Part shown: in pieces, positions 39,108 through 48,943 of the stretch
Position numbering within the stretch: the first letter of the stretch is position 1
Layout: each line of letters begins with the position of its first letter
DNA from: Candidatus Latescibacterota bacterium
GTDB lineage: Bacteria; Latescibacterota; UBA2968
Assembly (NCBI GenBank): GCA_965204375.1
Contig: OZ241986.1
Location: 5,568,001-5,632,000, forward strand
Length of the DNA: 64,000 nucleotides
Direction of reading: 5' to 3'
Position numbers and translations under genes: made by a program
Notes under the pieces: generated by a model
What the model was told of the DNA's origin: nothing
Seen by the model: the letters and a program-made list of their open reading frames with translations, nothing else
Database searches by the model: none

Positions 39108-39910
39108 TGCAACCGACTGAAATGGAAGAGTATCTTTTTGATTTGCGCGGTTATATTGTGCTCAAGAATGCCGTGGATGCCGGACATCTCGTCGCGCTCA
39201 ATGAGATTATCGATACGTATGACGATCTCGAACCCGATGGATGGCGGGGGTGGGTTCATCGGAGCGGGGGCGCACGACATTTGCACAATATTTTTGAGAT
39301 GGGTGAATCTTTTGAACGCTTGATTGACCATCCGTCGTGGATTCATCACATGAGGCGTTTTGTCGGTGGGGATGATGGTCTTTTTATAGATGAATCATTT
39401 ATCGATATTCGGTCTCGGGGCGGTGCGACGCGCATTCATTCGGGCGCGCACAAGCGGCGTATCCGCACGCAGTTTCGCTTTCACAATAATCAGTTTCGGT
39501 GTGGGCAGATCAATATTTTGCTGGCGCTTAACGATATTGGGGATGGCGATGGGGCGACGATGGCGATTCCCGGTTCGCATAAGTCCAATTTGCTTCATCC
39601 CGCGTTTGAGGATCCCAAGGGTACGGGTAGTGGGCATTCGCTGGATCGCGTTGAAGCGGCTGTTCAAATTCAGCTCGATGCGGGTGATGCGATTTTTTTC
39701 GTGGATTGTATGGCGCACGGTTCGTCAGAGCGCACGCGCTCCGGGGAGCGTCGCGTTGCTATTATTCGCTATGGTCCGCACTGGGGCAATGATCGATATG
39801 GCTATCAGCCTTCGCCCGAGTTGATTGCGCGTTTGACGCCCGAACGACGTAAAATTGTTCAACCCCTGCCGCCCAAGATGCCGCCGGGTGTGCAGTGCGT
39901 AAGTTATTGA
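39104..39910 (+). CDS. PhyH family dioxygenase
   Basis: FDLRGY, IHSG, IPGSHK, AGDA..F...HG, RR. Confidence 0.85.
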   Translation: MMQPTEMEEYLFDLRGYIVLKNAVDAGHLVALNEIIDTYDDLEPDGWRGWVHRSGGARHLHNIFEMGESFERLIDHPSWIHHMRRFVGGDDGLFIDESFIDIRSRGGATRIHSGAHKRRIRTQFRFHNNQFRCGQINILLALNDIGDGDGATMAIPGSHKSNLLHPAFEDPKGTGSGHSLDRVEAAVQIQLDAGDAIFFVDCMAHGSSERTRSGERRVAIIRYGPHWGNDRYGYQPSPELIARLTPERRKIVQPLPPKMPPGVQCVSY

Positions 39911-39922
39911 GGAGTTACCCAC

Positions 39923-41113
39923 ATGATGAAAAATGGACATGCCCCTCTCGCCCGTTTTACTGTGCTCGATTTGACCCGCGTGCGTGCGGGTCCTACTGCT
40001 GTGCGTCAGCTCGCGGATTGGGGTGCGAATATTATTAAAATTGAGCCGCCCGAAAATATTGACGAGGCAAAGACTATGGGGGGACCGCGTCACGGGCCGG
40101 ATTTTCAGAATTTGCACCGGAACAAACGCGGGATGACCTTGAATCTCAAAGCCGATGTGGGACGCGAGGCGTTTTTCCGTATGGTTAAGCGCGCGGATGT
40201 GGTTGTGGAGAATTTTCGACCCGATGTCAAAGATCGCCTCGATATAGGGTATGAGAGGTGTAAGAGGGAAAATCCGGGTATTGTGTACGCGAGTATTTCG
40301 GGGTTTGGGCAGGAGGGGCCGTACAGGTTGCGACCGGGTTTTGATCAGATTGCACAGGGTATGGGGGGGTTGATGTGGATTACGGGTTTGCCGGGGCAAG
40401 GTCCGGTGCGCGTCGGGGTGCCGATTGCAGATCTCGCTTCTGGTTTGTACACCGCTATTGGTATTCTCACGGCTTTGCTTCAGCGCGAGGAGACCGGGGA
40501 GGGGCAGTGGGTGCATACGTCGTTGTTGGAAGCGCAAATTGCGATGCTGGATTTTCAGGCGGCGCGATGGTTGATTGCAAATGAGGTGCCAGAGCAGGCG
40601 GGTAATAATCATCCCACGAGTATTCCGACGGGTGTGTTTCAGACCCGCGATGGGTATATCAATATTGCCTGTAGCGGGGAGCTTATGTGGCAGCGTTTGT
40701 GCGATGTGCTGGGTGCTGGAGATTTGTACAGGGATGAGAGGTTTTCCAATGGCGGAGTGCGGTTGAGAAATCGGGATGCGCTGAATGAGTGTTTGCAAGA
40801 GCATTTTGCGACGCGAGATAGTGCCCATTGGATTGATGCGCTGAATGCCGCGGGTGTGCCGTGTGGGCCGATTTATAAGATGGACGAGATGTGGTCCGAT
40901 CCACAGGTTGCGCATTTGAAGATGTCGCGTTCGGTGAATCACAGTGTTATGGGGGATTGCGATGTGGTGAGGAATGCGACGAATTTGAGTAATGCGCCAG
41001 ACTTGCCCTACAGGGCGTCGCCCGAACGGGGTGAGCATACGGATGAGATTTTGCGCGAGTTTGGATTTTCAAAAGATGAAATTGCGGCTATGAAAGAGGA
41101 GAATGTCGTTTGA
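39923..41113 (+). CDS. CaiB/BaiF CoA-transferase family III
   Basis: VLDLTRVRAGP, RNKR, ENFRP, SGFGQ.GP, GFDQIAQ. Confidence 0.93.
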   Translation: MMKNGHAPLARFTVLDLTRVRAGPTAVRQLADWGANIIKIEPPENIDEAKTMGGPRHGPDFQNLHRNKRGMTLNLKADVGREAFFRMVKRADVVVENFRPDVKDRLDIGYERCKRENPGIVYASISGFGQEGPYRLRPGFDQIAQGMGGLMWITGLPGQGPVRVGVPIADLASGLYTAIGILTALLQREETGEGQWVHTSLLEAQIAMLDFQAARWLIANEVPEQAGNNHPTSIPTGVFQTRDGYINIACSGELMWQRLCDVLGAGDLYRDERFSNGGVRLRNRDALNECLQEHFATRDSAHWIDALNAAGVPCGPIYKMDEMWSDPQVAHLKMSRSVNHSVMGDCDVVRNATNLSNAPDLPYRASPERGEHTDEILREFGFSKDEIAAMKEENVV

Positions 41114-41133
41114 TGTTCTCTGTGGGGTATTCA

Positions 41134-41919
41134 ATGACAGATAAAATTATTGTTCAGAAAGACGGCGGTGTTGGGCATATTCGCCTGAATCAGCCGGAGA
41201 AACACAATGCCATTTCTTATGATATGTGGCAGGGTATGGCGCGGGCTATTGACGATTTTGAATCGGATGATGCGGTTCGCGTTATTGTGCTTTCGGGCGA
41301 GGGTGGCAGGGCGTTTTCTGCGGGGGCGGATATTTCGCAGTTTGAGGAGAGACGTGCGTCGGCAGATGCGGTGGAGGTGTATAATGCGACTATGGGGCGC
41401 GCTTATGAGAAGCTCGCGCATGTACTCAAGCCCACGATTGCAAAAATTGCGGGGTATTGTATTGGTGGAGGGCTTGCTACTGCGCTGTGTTGCGATTTGC
41501 GGATTGCGTCCGATGATTCGTCTTTTGCCATTCCCGCCGCGAAGCTGGGCCTGGGGTATGGGTACGGGGCACTCAAACCGCTTGTGGGTCTGGTGGGTCC
41601 GTCCAATGCGTGCGAGATTTTGTTTACGGCGCGCCGGTTTAATGCTTCTGAGGCATACCACATGGGTCTGATTAACCGGGTTTTGTCGCGGGATGAATTA
41701 GACGCTTATGTGGATGATTATGCGGAGACTATTGCGGGCAATGCACCGCTTACGATTAGCGCGAGTAAGCAGATTATTGCAGAGATTGGCAAAGACGCGG
41801 ATCAGCGCGATCTCGATTTGTGTCAGCGGGTTATTGATGCCTGTTTTGAGAGTGAGGATTACAAAGAGGGCCGCGCGGCATTTATGGAGAAGCGCAAGCC
41901 GGATTTTCAGGGGAAATGA
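41134..41919 (+). CDS. Enoyl-CoA hydratase/isomerase
   Basis: FSAGADI, KPTIA...GYCIGGG, EG..AF.EKRKP.F. Confidence 0.93.
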   Translation: MTDKIIVQKDGGVGHIRLNQPEKHNAISYDMWQGMARAIDDFESDDAVRVIVLSGEGGRAFSAGADISQFEERRASADAVEVYNATMGRAYEKLAHVLKPTIAKIAGYCIGGGLATALCCDLRIASDDSSFAIPAAKLGLGYGYGALKPLVGLVGPSNACEILFTARRFNASEAYHMGLINRVLSRDELDAYVDDYAETIAGNAPLTISASKQIIAEIGKDADQRDLDLCQRVIDACFESEDYKEGRAAFMEKRKPDFQGK

Positions 41920-41920
41920 C

Positions 41921-42826
41921 CTATTCCCAAAGTGCTTTTAGGCGCGGGATCAAAATTTCTGTGTCGCGGTCGTGGACTTCTCCTTGCCACATCTGATTTG
42001 TTTGTGTGGGTGAGCGATCAAAGGAGGCCTGCATCAGGTCGGGCAGATCCAGTGTGCGGAAGCGGGTTTTGAAATAGCCGTCTTCTGTGAGCCAGACTTC
42101 GCGGAAGCCCAATGGGAAGCCTATCAGGCAGGCGGTGTCAACGATGAGGAAGTCGCGATACATGCGGATGCGGTTGATGTGTCTGTGTCCGGTGAAGATG
42201 GCGATGACAGCGGGCTGGTCTTTTACGGTTTCCATGAGTTGCTCGGCGTTGGCTACAATACCGCCCGGTACAAAGTCGGCCTGTGCTTCGTATTGGGGGA
42301 AGACCCAGGGGTGAATGAACAGGATGAGCGCACAACGATCGCTATAAGCTCTTGCGGCGGCTTCGCGCAAGATGCGGTCGTGCGCTTCTGTCCATGTGCC
42401 CAAACTGTCTTCCAGCGGGCTGACGGGATACACGTTGGCGAGCGCCAGGCGCAGGCGCGGCGCAGCTTCGACGATGTCCAGGGTTTCGGGGATGGGAAAT
42501 TGTCTGGCAAAAGCCTCAAAGCTCCCTTCCTGGGCATCGCAGTCGTGATTGCCCGGGACGTAGTATGTGGGCGCGTGAAGGCCGTCAAATGCCTTTTTGG
42601 CTTCGTCTATGGTTTGCAAGTAAATATCAAAGGGCATTTCAAAGGCGCCACCGCCGCAGACCACGTCGCCGCCGTGTACGATGAAGTCCGCGTTGCAGGC
42701 GTTGATGGCGGGTGTCATTGCACGGTGTATTTCATGGCTGCGCGTTAGCATTTTGGGCGCGCCGAAGTCTTTTTCGGCTGCAGCGTGATGATGGCTGTCT
42801 GTGACAAAGACAAAGTGTGAGGGCAT
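41921..42826 (-). CDS. Calcineurin-like metallophosphoesterase
   Basis: TDSH, GGD, GNHD, H, GHRH. Confidence 0.88.
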   Translation of the reverse strand: MPSHFVFVTDSHHHAAAEKDFGAPKMLTRSHEIHRAMTPAINACNADFIVHGGDVVCGGGAFEMPFDIYLQTIDEAKKAFDGLHAPTYYVPGNHDCDAQEGSFEAFARQFPIPETLDIVEAAPRLRLALANVYPVSPLEDSLGTWTEAHDRILREAAARAYSDRCALILFIHPWVFPQYEAQADFVPGGIVANAEQLMETVKDQPAVIAIFTGHRHINRIRMYRDFLIVDTACLIGFPLGFREVWLTEDGYFKTRFRTLDLPDLMQASFDRSPTQTNQMWQGEVHDRDTEILIPRLKALWE

Positions 42827-42840
42827 GGGGTCTCCTTGGG

Positions 42841-44250
42841 TCAGGGGTGCTTTGTTTTGAATTGAAATGCGTAAAGTCGGGCGCAGAGAATATAAAATCG
42901 CAGTTTTACGGTTGTTCCGATCAGGGTGCGTACATCGCCGCCCGACCAGGAGACGCGATGGCGCACGGAGTCGCCGATTACGGGTTCGCACGATTGGCGA
43001 TCAAATCCTTCGATGACTTCATTTTCGTCGTTTAATATTTCGACGCGTATCTCTCCCCAGGTTGCATCTGCGTTTATTTCCAGGTGGGTGCCCGAGAATT
43101 GTATGGGTATGGTTGTGATTGTGCCGCCGCTCGGTTTTTCACCTGCGTCAATCGAGATGAATCCATCCAGGCGCAGTGTTGCCAGTCCTATTCCGCTCTT
43201 TTCTTCAAACGGACGTCCCATCCCGTTCCAGTGTGGTCGGTTGCTGCCGTGGTAGTAGATGTGGATTTGATCTTTTACGACTGATGGCGCGCCGACCATG
43301 ATTTCTGCCGATTCATAACTGTTTGGTTCTCCCAGTGGTATGAATATGTCGCGATTTCCCGATCGACGCCAGTTTACATTGTCCCGGCTCGTGGCCAATT
43401 GTACCTGAAGTTTTCCGGTTCGCCAATCAAAAAGGCTGGGCATCATAATATAGGCATAGTCCGCTTGCGGGTACTTAAATGCAGCGGATGTGTAGATGTC
43501 TGTGTCTTCGGGGTCGTGTTCGTCTGGTTTCAGGACGATTGTCGGTGTGGTCCAGTGGATGAAGTCTTCGGATTCGATGCGTCCCAATGCGCGGTGTCGC
43601 TTTCGCGGTCTCTGGTTTATGCGTACGTATGCGACGTATTTGTCGTTGTCCTGTACTGCGACGTTGAAGGTGTCAAAGACGCCGGGTAAGACGGTTTTGG
43701 GGTGTTTTGTCCAGTGGATGCCGTCCGAGGAGAATGCGACTTTTAGTCCGCCGCCTTCTTCGATGGTTTTGTAGAGCATTTTGTATTTTTTTTCGAGGTT
43801 CTTTTCACCAGGTGTTTTTAAGACGCATACGCCGCCACTTCCGCCAGGTCCGGGGTCCAGCAGGAGGTTGGTTTTTGCGGATCCCTCATGGGGCAGGATG
43901 TCGAGGGTGGGTTTTGTCCATTTGAGCCCATCTTCAGAGGTGGCATAGGCCATGAGTACTGCACTGTCTTTGCCGTATTTATGGGTTCGGTTTGTGTACC
44001 ACATTTTGTAGATTTGGTCTTCTTCATCCCAGAGGACGGAACCGTAGAGTTGTACCTGCAATTCCCAGGGCATGTCGGGTACGAGCAGCGGGTTGTGCGG
44101 ATGTTTTACCGGCTGGTGCATGACATAGCGAATCCCTTCGGCGCGTTCTATCAGGAATCCGTCGTCCAGAAAGAGTTGCTTCTGATCGCCCACGTCGATA
44201 TGACGCCCCACATGCCGGGGCCAACTTGCATAATTTATGTCTGATGCCAT
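42841..44250 (-). CDS. Five-bladed beta-propeller glycosidase-like protein
   Basis: QLFLDD, YKMWY, SxDGxxW repeats, LRLDGF. Confidence 0.7.
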   Translation of the reverse strand: MASDINYASWPRHVGRHIDVGDQKQLFLDDGFLIERAEGIRYVMHQPVKHPHNPLLVPDMPWELQVQLYGSVLWDEEDQIYKMWYTNRTHKYGKDSAVLMAYATSEDGLKWTKPTLDILPHEGSAKTNLLLDPGPGGSGGVCVLKTPGEKNLEKKYKMLYKTIEEGGGLKVAFSSDGIHWTKHPKTVLPGVFDTFNVAVQDNDKYVAYVRINQRPRKRHRALGRIESEDFIHWTTPTIVLKPDEHDPEDTDIYTSAAFKYPQADYAYIMMPSLFDWRTGKLQVQLATSRDNVNWRRSGNRDIFIPLGEPNSYESAEIMVGAPSVVKDQIHIYYHGSNRPHWNGMGRPFEEKSGIGLATLRLDGFISIDAGEKPSGGTITTIPIQFSGTHLEINADATWGEIRVEILNDENEVIEGFDRQSCEPVIGDSVRHRVSWSGGDVRTLIGTTVKLRFYILCARLYAFQFKTKHP

Positions 44251-44274
44251 GAGATTGTCTCCTGATTTTAATAT

Positions 44275-44436
44275 CTGATGTTACGCATAGGCACACTATA
44301 CTGCGCCTGTCATTCTGAGCGGAGCGCAGCGGAGTCGAAGAATCTTCTACCACATATTACTTTATGAGTAAAAGATGCTTCGTCAGCCTGTCGGCTTCCT
44401 CAGCATGACAGAAACGTAAGACAGGCGTAACGTCAG
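44275..44436. mobile_element. 162-bp MITE with 12-bp TIRs and 7-bp TSD, carrying nested palindromes
   Basis: CTGATGTTACGC / GCGTAACGTCAG; TTAATAT on both sides; inner GTCATTCTGAG...CTCAGCATGAC. Confidence 0.8.
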
Positions 44437-44670
44437 TTAATATTATGGGATCATTTTAATATTGTGGGATAAAGAAGTATAGCGTTTTTTCTATTGGTTG
44501 ATAGGGACAAATGGTTGATAGGGATAAGCCGCCGTCATCGCGGCAGGGTTTCAGCCACGATCCAGAAGGTTTTTTTGTCATTACTGTTGTTGTGGTTGTG
44601 TGTTGCACGATGCGCATGACGTCATCCAGTGGTTTTGAGTCGCCTGTAATATCAAATACAAGGGGTATCC

Positions 44671-46719
44671 ATGGCAAATAATTCGAGTACCCGTGCGGAT
44701 TTTGGTGAACATATCGGTTTTATCTGGTCCATTGCGGAACTTCTGCGGGGTAATTACAAGCAATCGGAGTATGGGAAGGTGGTGCTGCCGTTCACGGTTT
44801 TGCGACGGCTCGATTGCGTGCTCGTGCCGACAAAAGACGCTGTGCAGGCGCAGTTGGAAAATTTGCCTGAGAATATTGACGAGACGATGCGCGAAACCAT
44901 GCTCAATATGGCGAGTGAAAATAATTTTCACAATACCAGTCCGTTTACCTTTGAGAAGTTGCTGGATGATCCCGATAATATCGCTGCGAATTTGAACAAT
45001 ATGATTAACGGGTTTTCGTATGATGCGCGTGATATTTTTATCGATCGGTTTAATCTGCCCGAGCAGATTGCGCGGCTTGACCGGGATAATTTGCTCTATC
45101 TGATCGTCAGTCGCTTTGCACAGGCAGATTTGCATCCGGATCGCGTTTCCAATCTGCAGATGGGCTATATTTTTGAAGAACTCATCCGTAGGTTTTCCGA
45201 GCAGAGCAATGAGACGGCTGGCGAGCATTTTACCCCTCGTGAAGTTATCCGGTTGATGGTCAATCTTCTGTTTTTAGAGGATGAGGCCGCGCTTACCCAG
45301 CGGGGTATTATTCGCAAGTTGTATGATCCGGCGTGTGGCACGGGGGGAATGCTTTCTATTGCGGAGGAGTATCTCAGAGAACTCAATCCAGAAGCCAGTT
45401 TGATCGTGTATGGGCAGGAGTTGAATGATGAAAGTTATGCGACCTGTAAATCAGATATGATGATCAAGGGACAAGATGCGAAGAATATTCATCCCGGCAA
45501 TAGTTTTACAGAGGATGGCCTTCCCGATGAGCAATTCGACTATATGTTGTCCAATCCGCCGTTTGGGGTGGATTGGAAGAAGGTGGCATCTGAGATTAAG
45601 GATGAAGCCAATCTCTTCGGTTATAAGGGACGCTTTGGCGCGGGTCTTCCGCGTGTTAGCGATGGTTCTTTGCTTTTTGTGCAGCACATGATTTCAAAGT
45701 TCAATCAGAATGGCGAGTTGTCCCGCCTGGCTGTTGTGCTCAATGGGTCGCCCCTTTTTTCAGGTAGTGCAGGAAGTGGGGAGAGTGAGATCCGTCGCTG
45801 GATTATTGAGAATGATTATTTGGAAGCGATTATAGCTCTGCCTACAGATATGTTTTACAACACGGGTATTGCGACTTATATCTGGATTATTACGAATCAG
45901 AAGACGCCGCAGCGCAAGGGTAAAGTGCAATTGATTGATGCCGCAGATTTTCACGTTGCGATGCGCCAGAGCTTGGGTAGCAAGCGCAAGCAGATTTCCG
46001 ATCAACAGATTGAGGAGATTACGCAGTTGTTTGGCGATTTTGAGGTTGTGGAGGCATGTCCTGAAAAGGGTTTATCCAGAGATCGGGTGAAGATTTTTGA
46101 CAATGTTGACTTTGGGTATCAGCGCATTACTGTCGAACGGCCGCTCAAGCGCAATTTTCAGGTGTGTGAAGATCGCATTGAGATTCTCAAATCGGCGAGG
46201 AGCTTTATTCGTTTGCCGCAGGAACAGCAACAGCGCGTTCTTGAGGTTCTGGCTACGCTTGAGGGTGATTGTCTGTATAAAAATCGTGATGAGTTTATTG
46301 GCATTCTTACGGGTGCTTTTACAGAGGCGCAGGTGAATATTACTACGGCTCAGTTGAAGTTGATTTATCAATCGCTGGGCGAGTATGACGAGACCGCTGA
46401 GGTTTGTACCAATCGCAAGGGCGAGCCAGAACCCGATCCCGATTTGAGGGATTATGAGAATGTGCCGTTGCGAGAGGACATTGATGCGTATTTCGAACGC
46501 GAAATCCAGCCCCATGTGCCCGATGCTTGGATAGATTACAGCAAGACAAAAGTGGGTTATGAAATTCCCTTTAACCGGTATTTCTATACGTTCAAACCGC
46601 CCCGTGCATTAGATGAAATTGGTACGGATTTGATAGGTGTGACGGATAGTATTGTCGAGATGATTGAAGATGTGACGGATGGGATTGTTGAAACGGTTGG
46701 AGGGATTTTGAATGGGTAA
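44671..46719 (+). CDS. hsdM: Type I R-M methyltransferase subunit
   Basis: IWSIAELLRG, GEHFTPREV, YDPACGTGG, NPPF. Confidence 0.97.
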   Translation: MANNSSTRADFGEHIGFIWSIAELLRGNYKQSEYGKVVLPFTVLRRLDCVLVPTKDAVQAQLENLPENIDETMRETMLNMASENNFHNTSPFTFEKLLDDPDNIAANLNNMINGFSYDARDIFIDRFNLPEQIARLDRDNLLYLIVSRFAQADLHPDRVSNLQMGYIFEELIRRFSEQSNETAGEHFTPREVIRLMVNLLFLEDEAALTQRGIIRKLYDPACGTGGMLSIAEEYLRELNPEASLIVYGQELNDESYATCKSDMMIKGQDAKNIHPGNSFTEDGLPDEQFDYMLSNPPFGVDWKKVASEIKDEANLFGYKGRFGAGLPRVSDGSLLFVQHMISKFNQNGELSRLAVVLNGSPLFSGSAGSGESEIRRWIIENDYLEAIIALPTDMFYNTGIATYIWIITNQKTPQRKGKVQLIDAADFHVAMRQSLGSKRKQISDQQIEEITQLFGDFEVVEACPEKGLSRDRVKIFDNVDFGYQRITVERPLKRNFQVCEDRIEILKSARSFIRLPQEQQQRVLEVLATLEGDCLYKNRDEFIGILTGAFTEAQVNITTAQLKLIYQSLGEYDETAEVCTNRKGEPEPDPDLRDYENVPLREDIDAYFEREIQPHVPDAWIDYSKTKVGYEIPFNRYFYTFKPPRALDEIGTDLIGVTDSIVEMIEDVTDGIVETVGGILNG

Positions 46720-46820
46720 AGAGGTGATTCATTGTAGGGGCGAAAAACCTTTCGCCCCATGTGTGGATTTAGCAATTACATCCAGAAGCATTGTAGGGGC
46801 GAGGATGCGGGGGCCAAAAT

Positions 46821-47408
46821 ATGCGATATGATCCTAAACACCATCGCCGTTCAATTCGTTTGAAGGGGTTCGATTATACTCGGGAAGGTGCGTATTTCGT
46901 GACGATTTGTACCCAAAATCAGGCGTGTCTGTTCGGCGAAATTGTGAACGGACAGATGCAGTTGAGCGATGTGGGTGAGGTCGCCGATACATGTTGGCGG
47001 GCTATTCCCGAACATTTTCCCAGGGTTGTATTAGATGCCTTTGTGATTATGCCGAATCATGTGCATGGTATCATTTGGATAGGGCTAGCAAATAGGGTGA
47101 ATGTAGGGGCGAAAAATCTTTCGCCCCTACCGCCCCCACCACCCCGACCATCCCAACGGGACACATCGGCATTTCGGTCGCCATCGAAAACGGTCGGTTC
47201 CATTGTGCGCGGTTTCAAAATTGGCGTTACCAAATGGGTGCGGTCAAACAAAAATTTCTATACCGTATGGCAACGCAATTATTACGAACACATCATCCGG
47301 AATGACACCGCCCTGAACCGCCTTAGACAATATATTACAGACAATCCGGCACGCTGGGAGGATGACCGAGAAAACCCCATCCATCACAGCAAAGGACATA
47401 CATCATGA
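46821..47408 (+). mobile_element. REP-associated tyrosine transposase (RAYT, Y1/IS200-like)
   Basis: RRSIRL.GFDY, YFVTICT, MPNHVH (HUH), WQRNYYEHIIR, YI..NP. Confidence 0.93.
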
Positions 47409-47516
47409 TTCATACCATCAGACCCAAGACCAGTGCCGTAGGGGCGAACAATGCGGGTGAATTGGGTAATGTTGAGGCGAATGATGCAAATGTAGGGGCG
47501 AAAAACCTTTCGCCCC

Positions 47517-47589
47517 GTGCGTAGATTTACACGCCAAAATTTGTTTCGGGTGCGGCAATTTTACACAACCTATCGGGACGATGAAGAAG
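47517..47589 (+). pseudogene. Short fragment resembling DUF1016/YhcG N-terminal region
   Basis: FTRQNLFRVRQFYTTY, lying between two REPs. Confidence 0.55.
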
Positions 47590-47648
47590 GTAGGGGCGAG
47601 GCATGCCTCGCCCGATTTGCAATGCGAGTCCGCCGAGGAGAACGACAC

Positions 47649-48929
47649 ATGAGCTTTAAGAAGTATGAAGCATATAAGGAGAGTGGGGTTGAGTGGTTGG
47701 GAGAAGTGCCGAAGCATTGGGTGATTGGAAAAGTGAAATATGTTACTGAAAACTTGGATAAATCCAGAGTTCCTTTAAGCTCTCTGGAACGTGGAAAAAG
47801 ACCGGGTATATATCCCTATTATGGTGCATCAGGAATCATAGATTACATTGATGACTACCTATTCGACGAGGATACCATATTGTTTGGCGAAGATGGTGCA
47901 AATCTTTTGGCTCGCTCTACGCCACTTGCTTTTCTTGCCACGGGAAAATATTGGGTTAACAATCACGCCCATGTCCTTAAGGCAAAGGATGGTCTTAATC
48001 GCTTTTGGGTTATGGTCTTAGAAAATATTGATATTACACCCGTAGTAAGTGGTTCTGCTCAACCGAAATTAACATCAGAAGCATTGGGCAATTTGAATGT
48101 TGTTTATCCACCAAGTATTGATGAACGTCAAGAAATTCTCACATTCCTCGATAAAGAAACGATAAAGATCGACACCCTCATTGACAAGCAAGAGCAATTG
48201 ATCGCACTGCTTCAGGAAAAGCGACAGGCGGTCATTTCACATGCCGTTACCAGAGGGTTGGACCCGAATGTGAGGATGAAAGACAGTGGGATTGAATGGT
48301 TGGGTGAGGTGCCGGCGCATTGGGAGGTCTCCCTCCTCAAACGGTGGTATCAGGTCACATTGGGCAAGATGCTCAAGTCCAAACAAACATCACCTGATGA
48401 AACTGAAGATCCTTACCTGAGAGCAGCAAATATCCATTGGCAGGGTGTGGATATGACTGATGTCAAACGCATGTGGTTCACGCCAGAAGAAAAGAAGAAA
48501 CTGAAACTTTATAGAGATGATTTGTTGGTCAGCGAGGGCGGTGATGTTGGCCGAAGTTCGCTTTGGAATGAGGAGATTGAAGACTGTTATATTCAGAACT
48601 CAATCAATCGCATTAGAGCACGCGAGGATGCAGACACGCGGTTTCTTTTTTACTGGATGTATTTCATCAAGCACGCGGACTACATAGATATGATCTGCAA
48701 TAAAGCAACCATTGCCCATTTTACCGTTGAAAAGGTTGAGGCGACCCCATGCGTGTATCTACCATTGGAAGAACAAAAGCAAATCGCTGCGTTTCTTGAT
48801 AGCGAAACAACGAAAATCGATACTCTCATTGAAAAATGTGAAACGGCGATTGAGCTACTCAAAGAACGCCGCACCGCGCTGATTTCTGCTGCGGTGACGG
48901 GGAAGATTGATGTGCGGGATGCAGGCTAA
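47649..48929 (+). CDS. hsdS: Type I R-M specificity subunit
   Basis: Two SG.EWLGEVP.HW conserved regions, two TRDs, ends ALISAAVTGKIDV. Confidence 0.96.
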   Translation: MSFKKYEAYKESGVEWLGEVPKHWVIGKVKYVTENLDKSRVPLSSLERGKRPGIYPYYGASGIIDYIDDYLFDEDTILFGEDGANLLARSTPLAFLATGKYWVNNHAHVLKAKDGLNRFWVMVLENIDITPVVSGSAQPKLTSEALGNLNVVYPPSIDERQEILTFLDKETIKIDTLIDKQEQLIALLQEKRQAVISHAVTRGLDPNVRMKDSGIEWLGEVPAHWEVSLLKRWYQVTLGKMLKSKQTSPDETEDPYLRAANIHWQGVDMTDVKRMWFTPEEKKKLKLYRDDLLVSEGGDVGRSSLWNEEIEDCYIQNSINRIRAREDADTRFLFYWMYFIKHADYIDMICNKATIAHFTVEKVEATPCVYLPLEEQKQIAAFLDSETTKIDTLIEKCETAIELLKERRTALISAAVTGKIDVRDAG

Positions 48930-48943
48930 AGAGGCAGGGTAGT

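Larger units (their letters stand above)
46733..47613 (+). repeat. Six GTAG-REP copies around and within the RAYT
   Basis: GTAGGGGCGA at 46734, 46793, 47103, 47438, 47492 and 47590. Four complete as GGGCGA...TCGCCC hairpins. Confidence 0.9.

Noticed and set aside
46639-46704. 33-bp imperfect duplication at the hsdM 3' end (VTDSIVEMIED/VTDGIVETVGG)
   Set aside because: Real, but most likely a minor helical-tail duplication with no further support.
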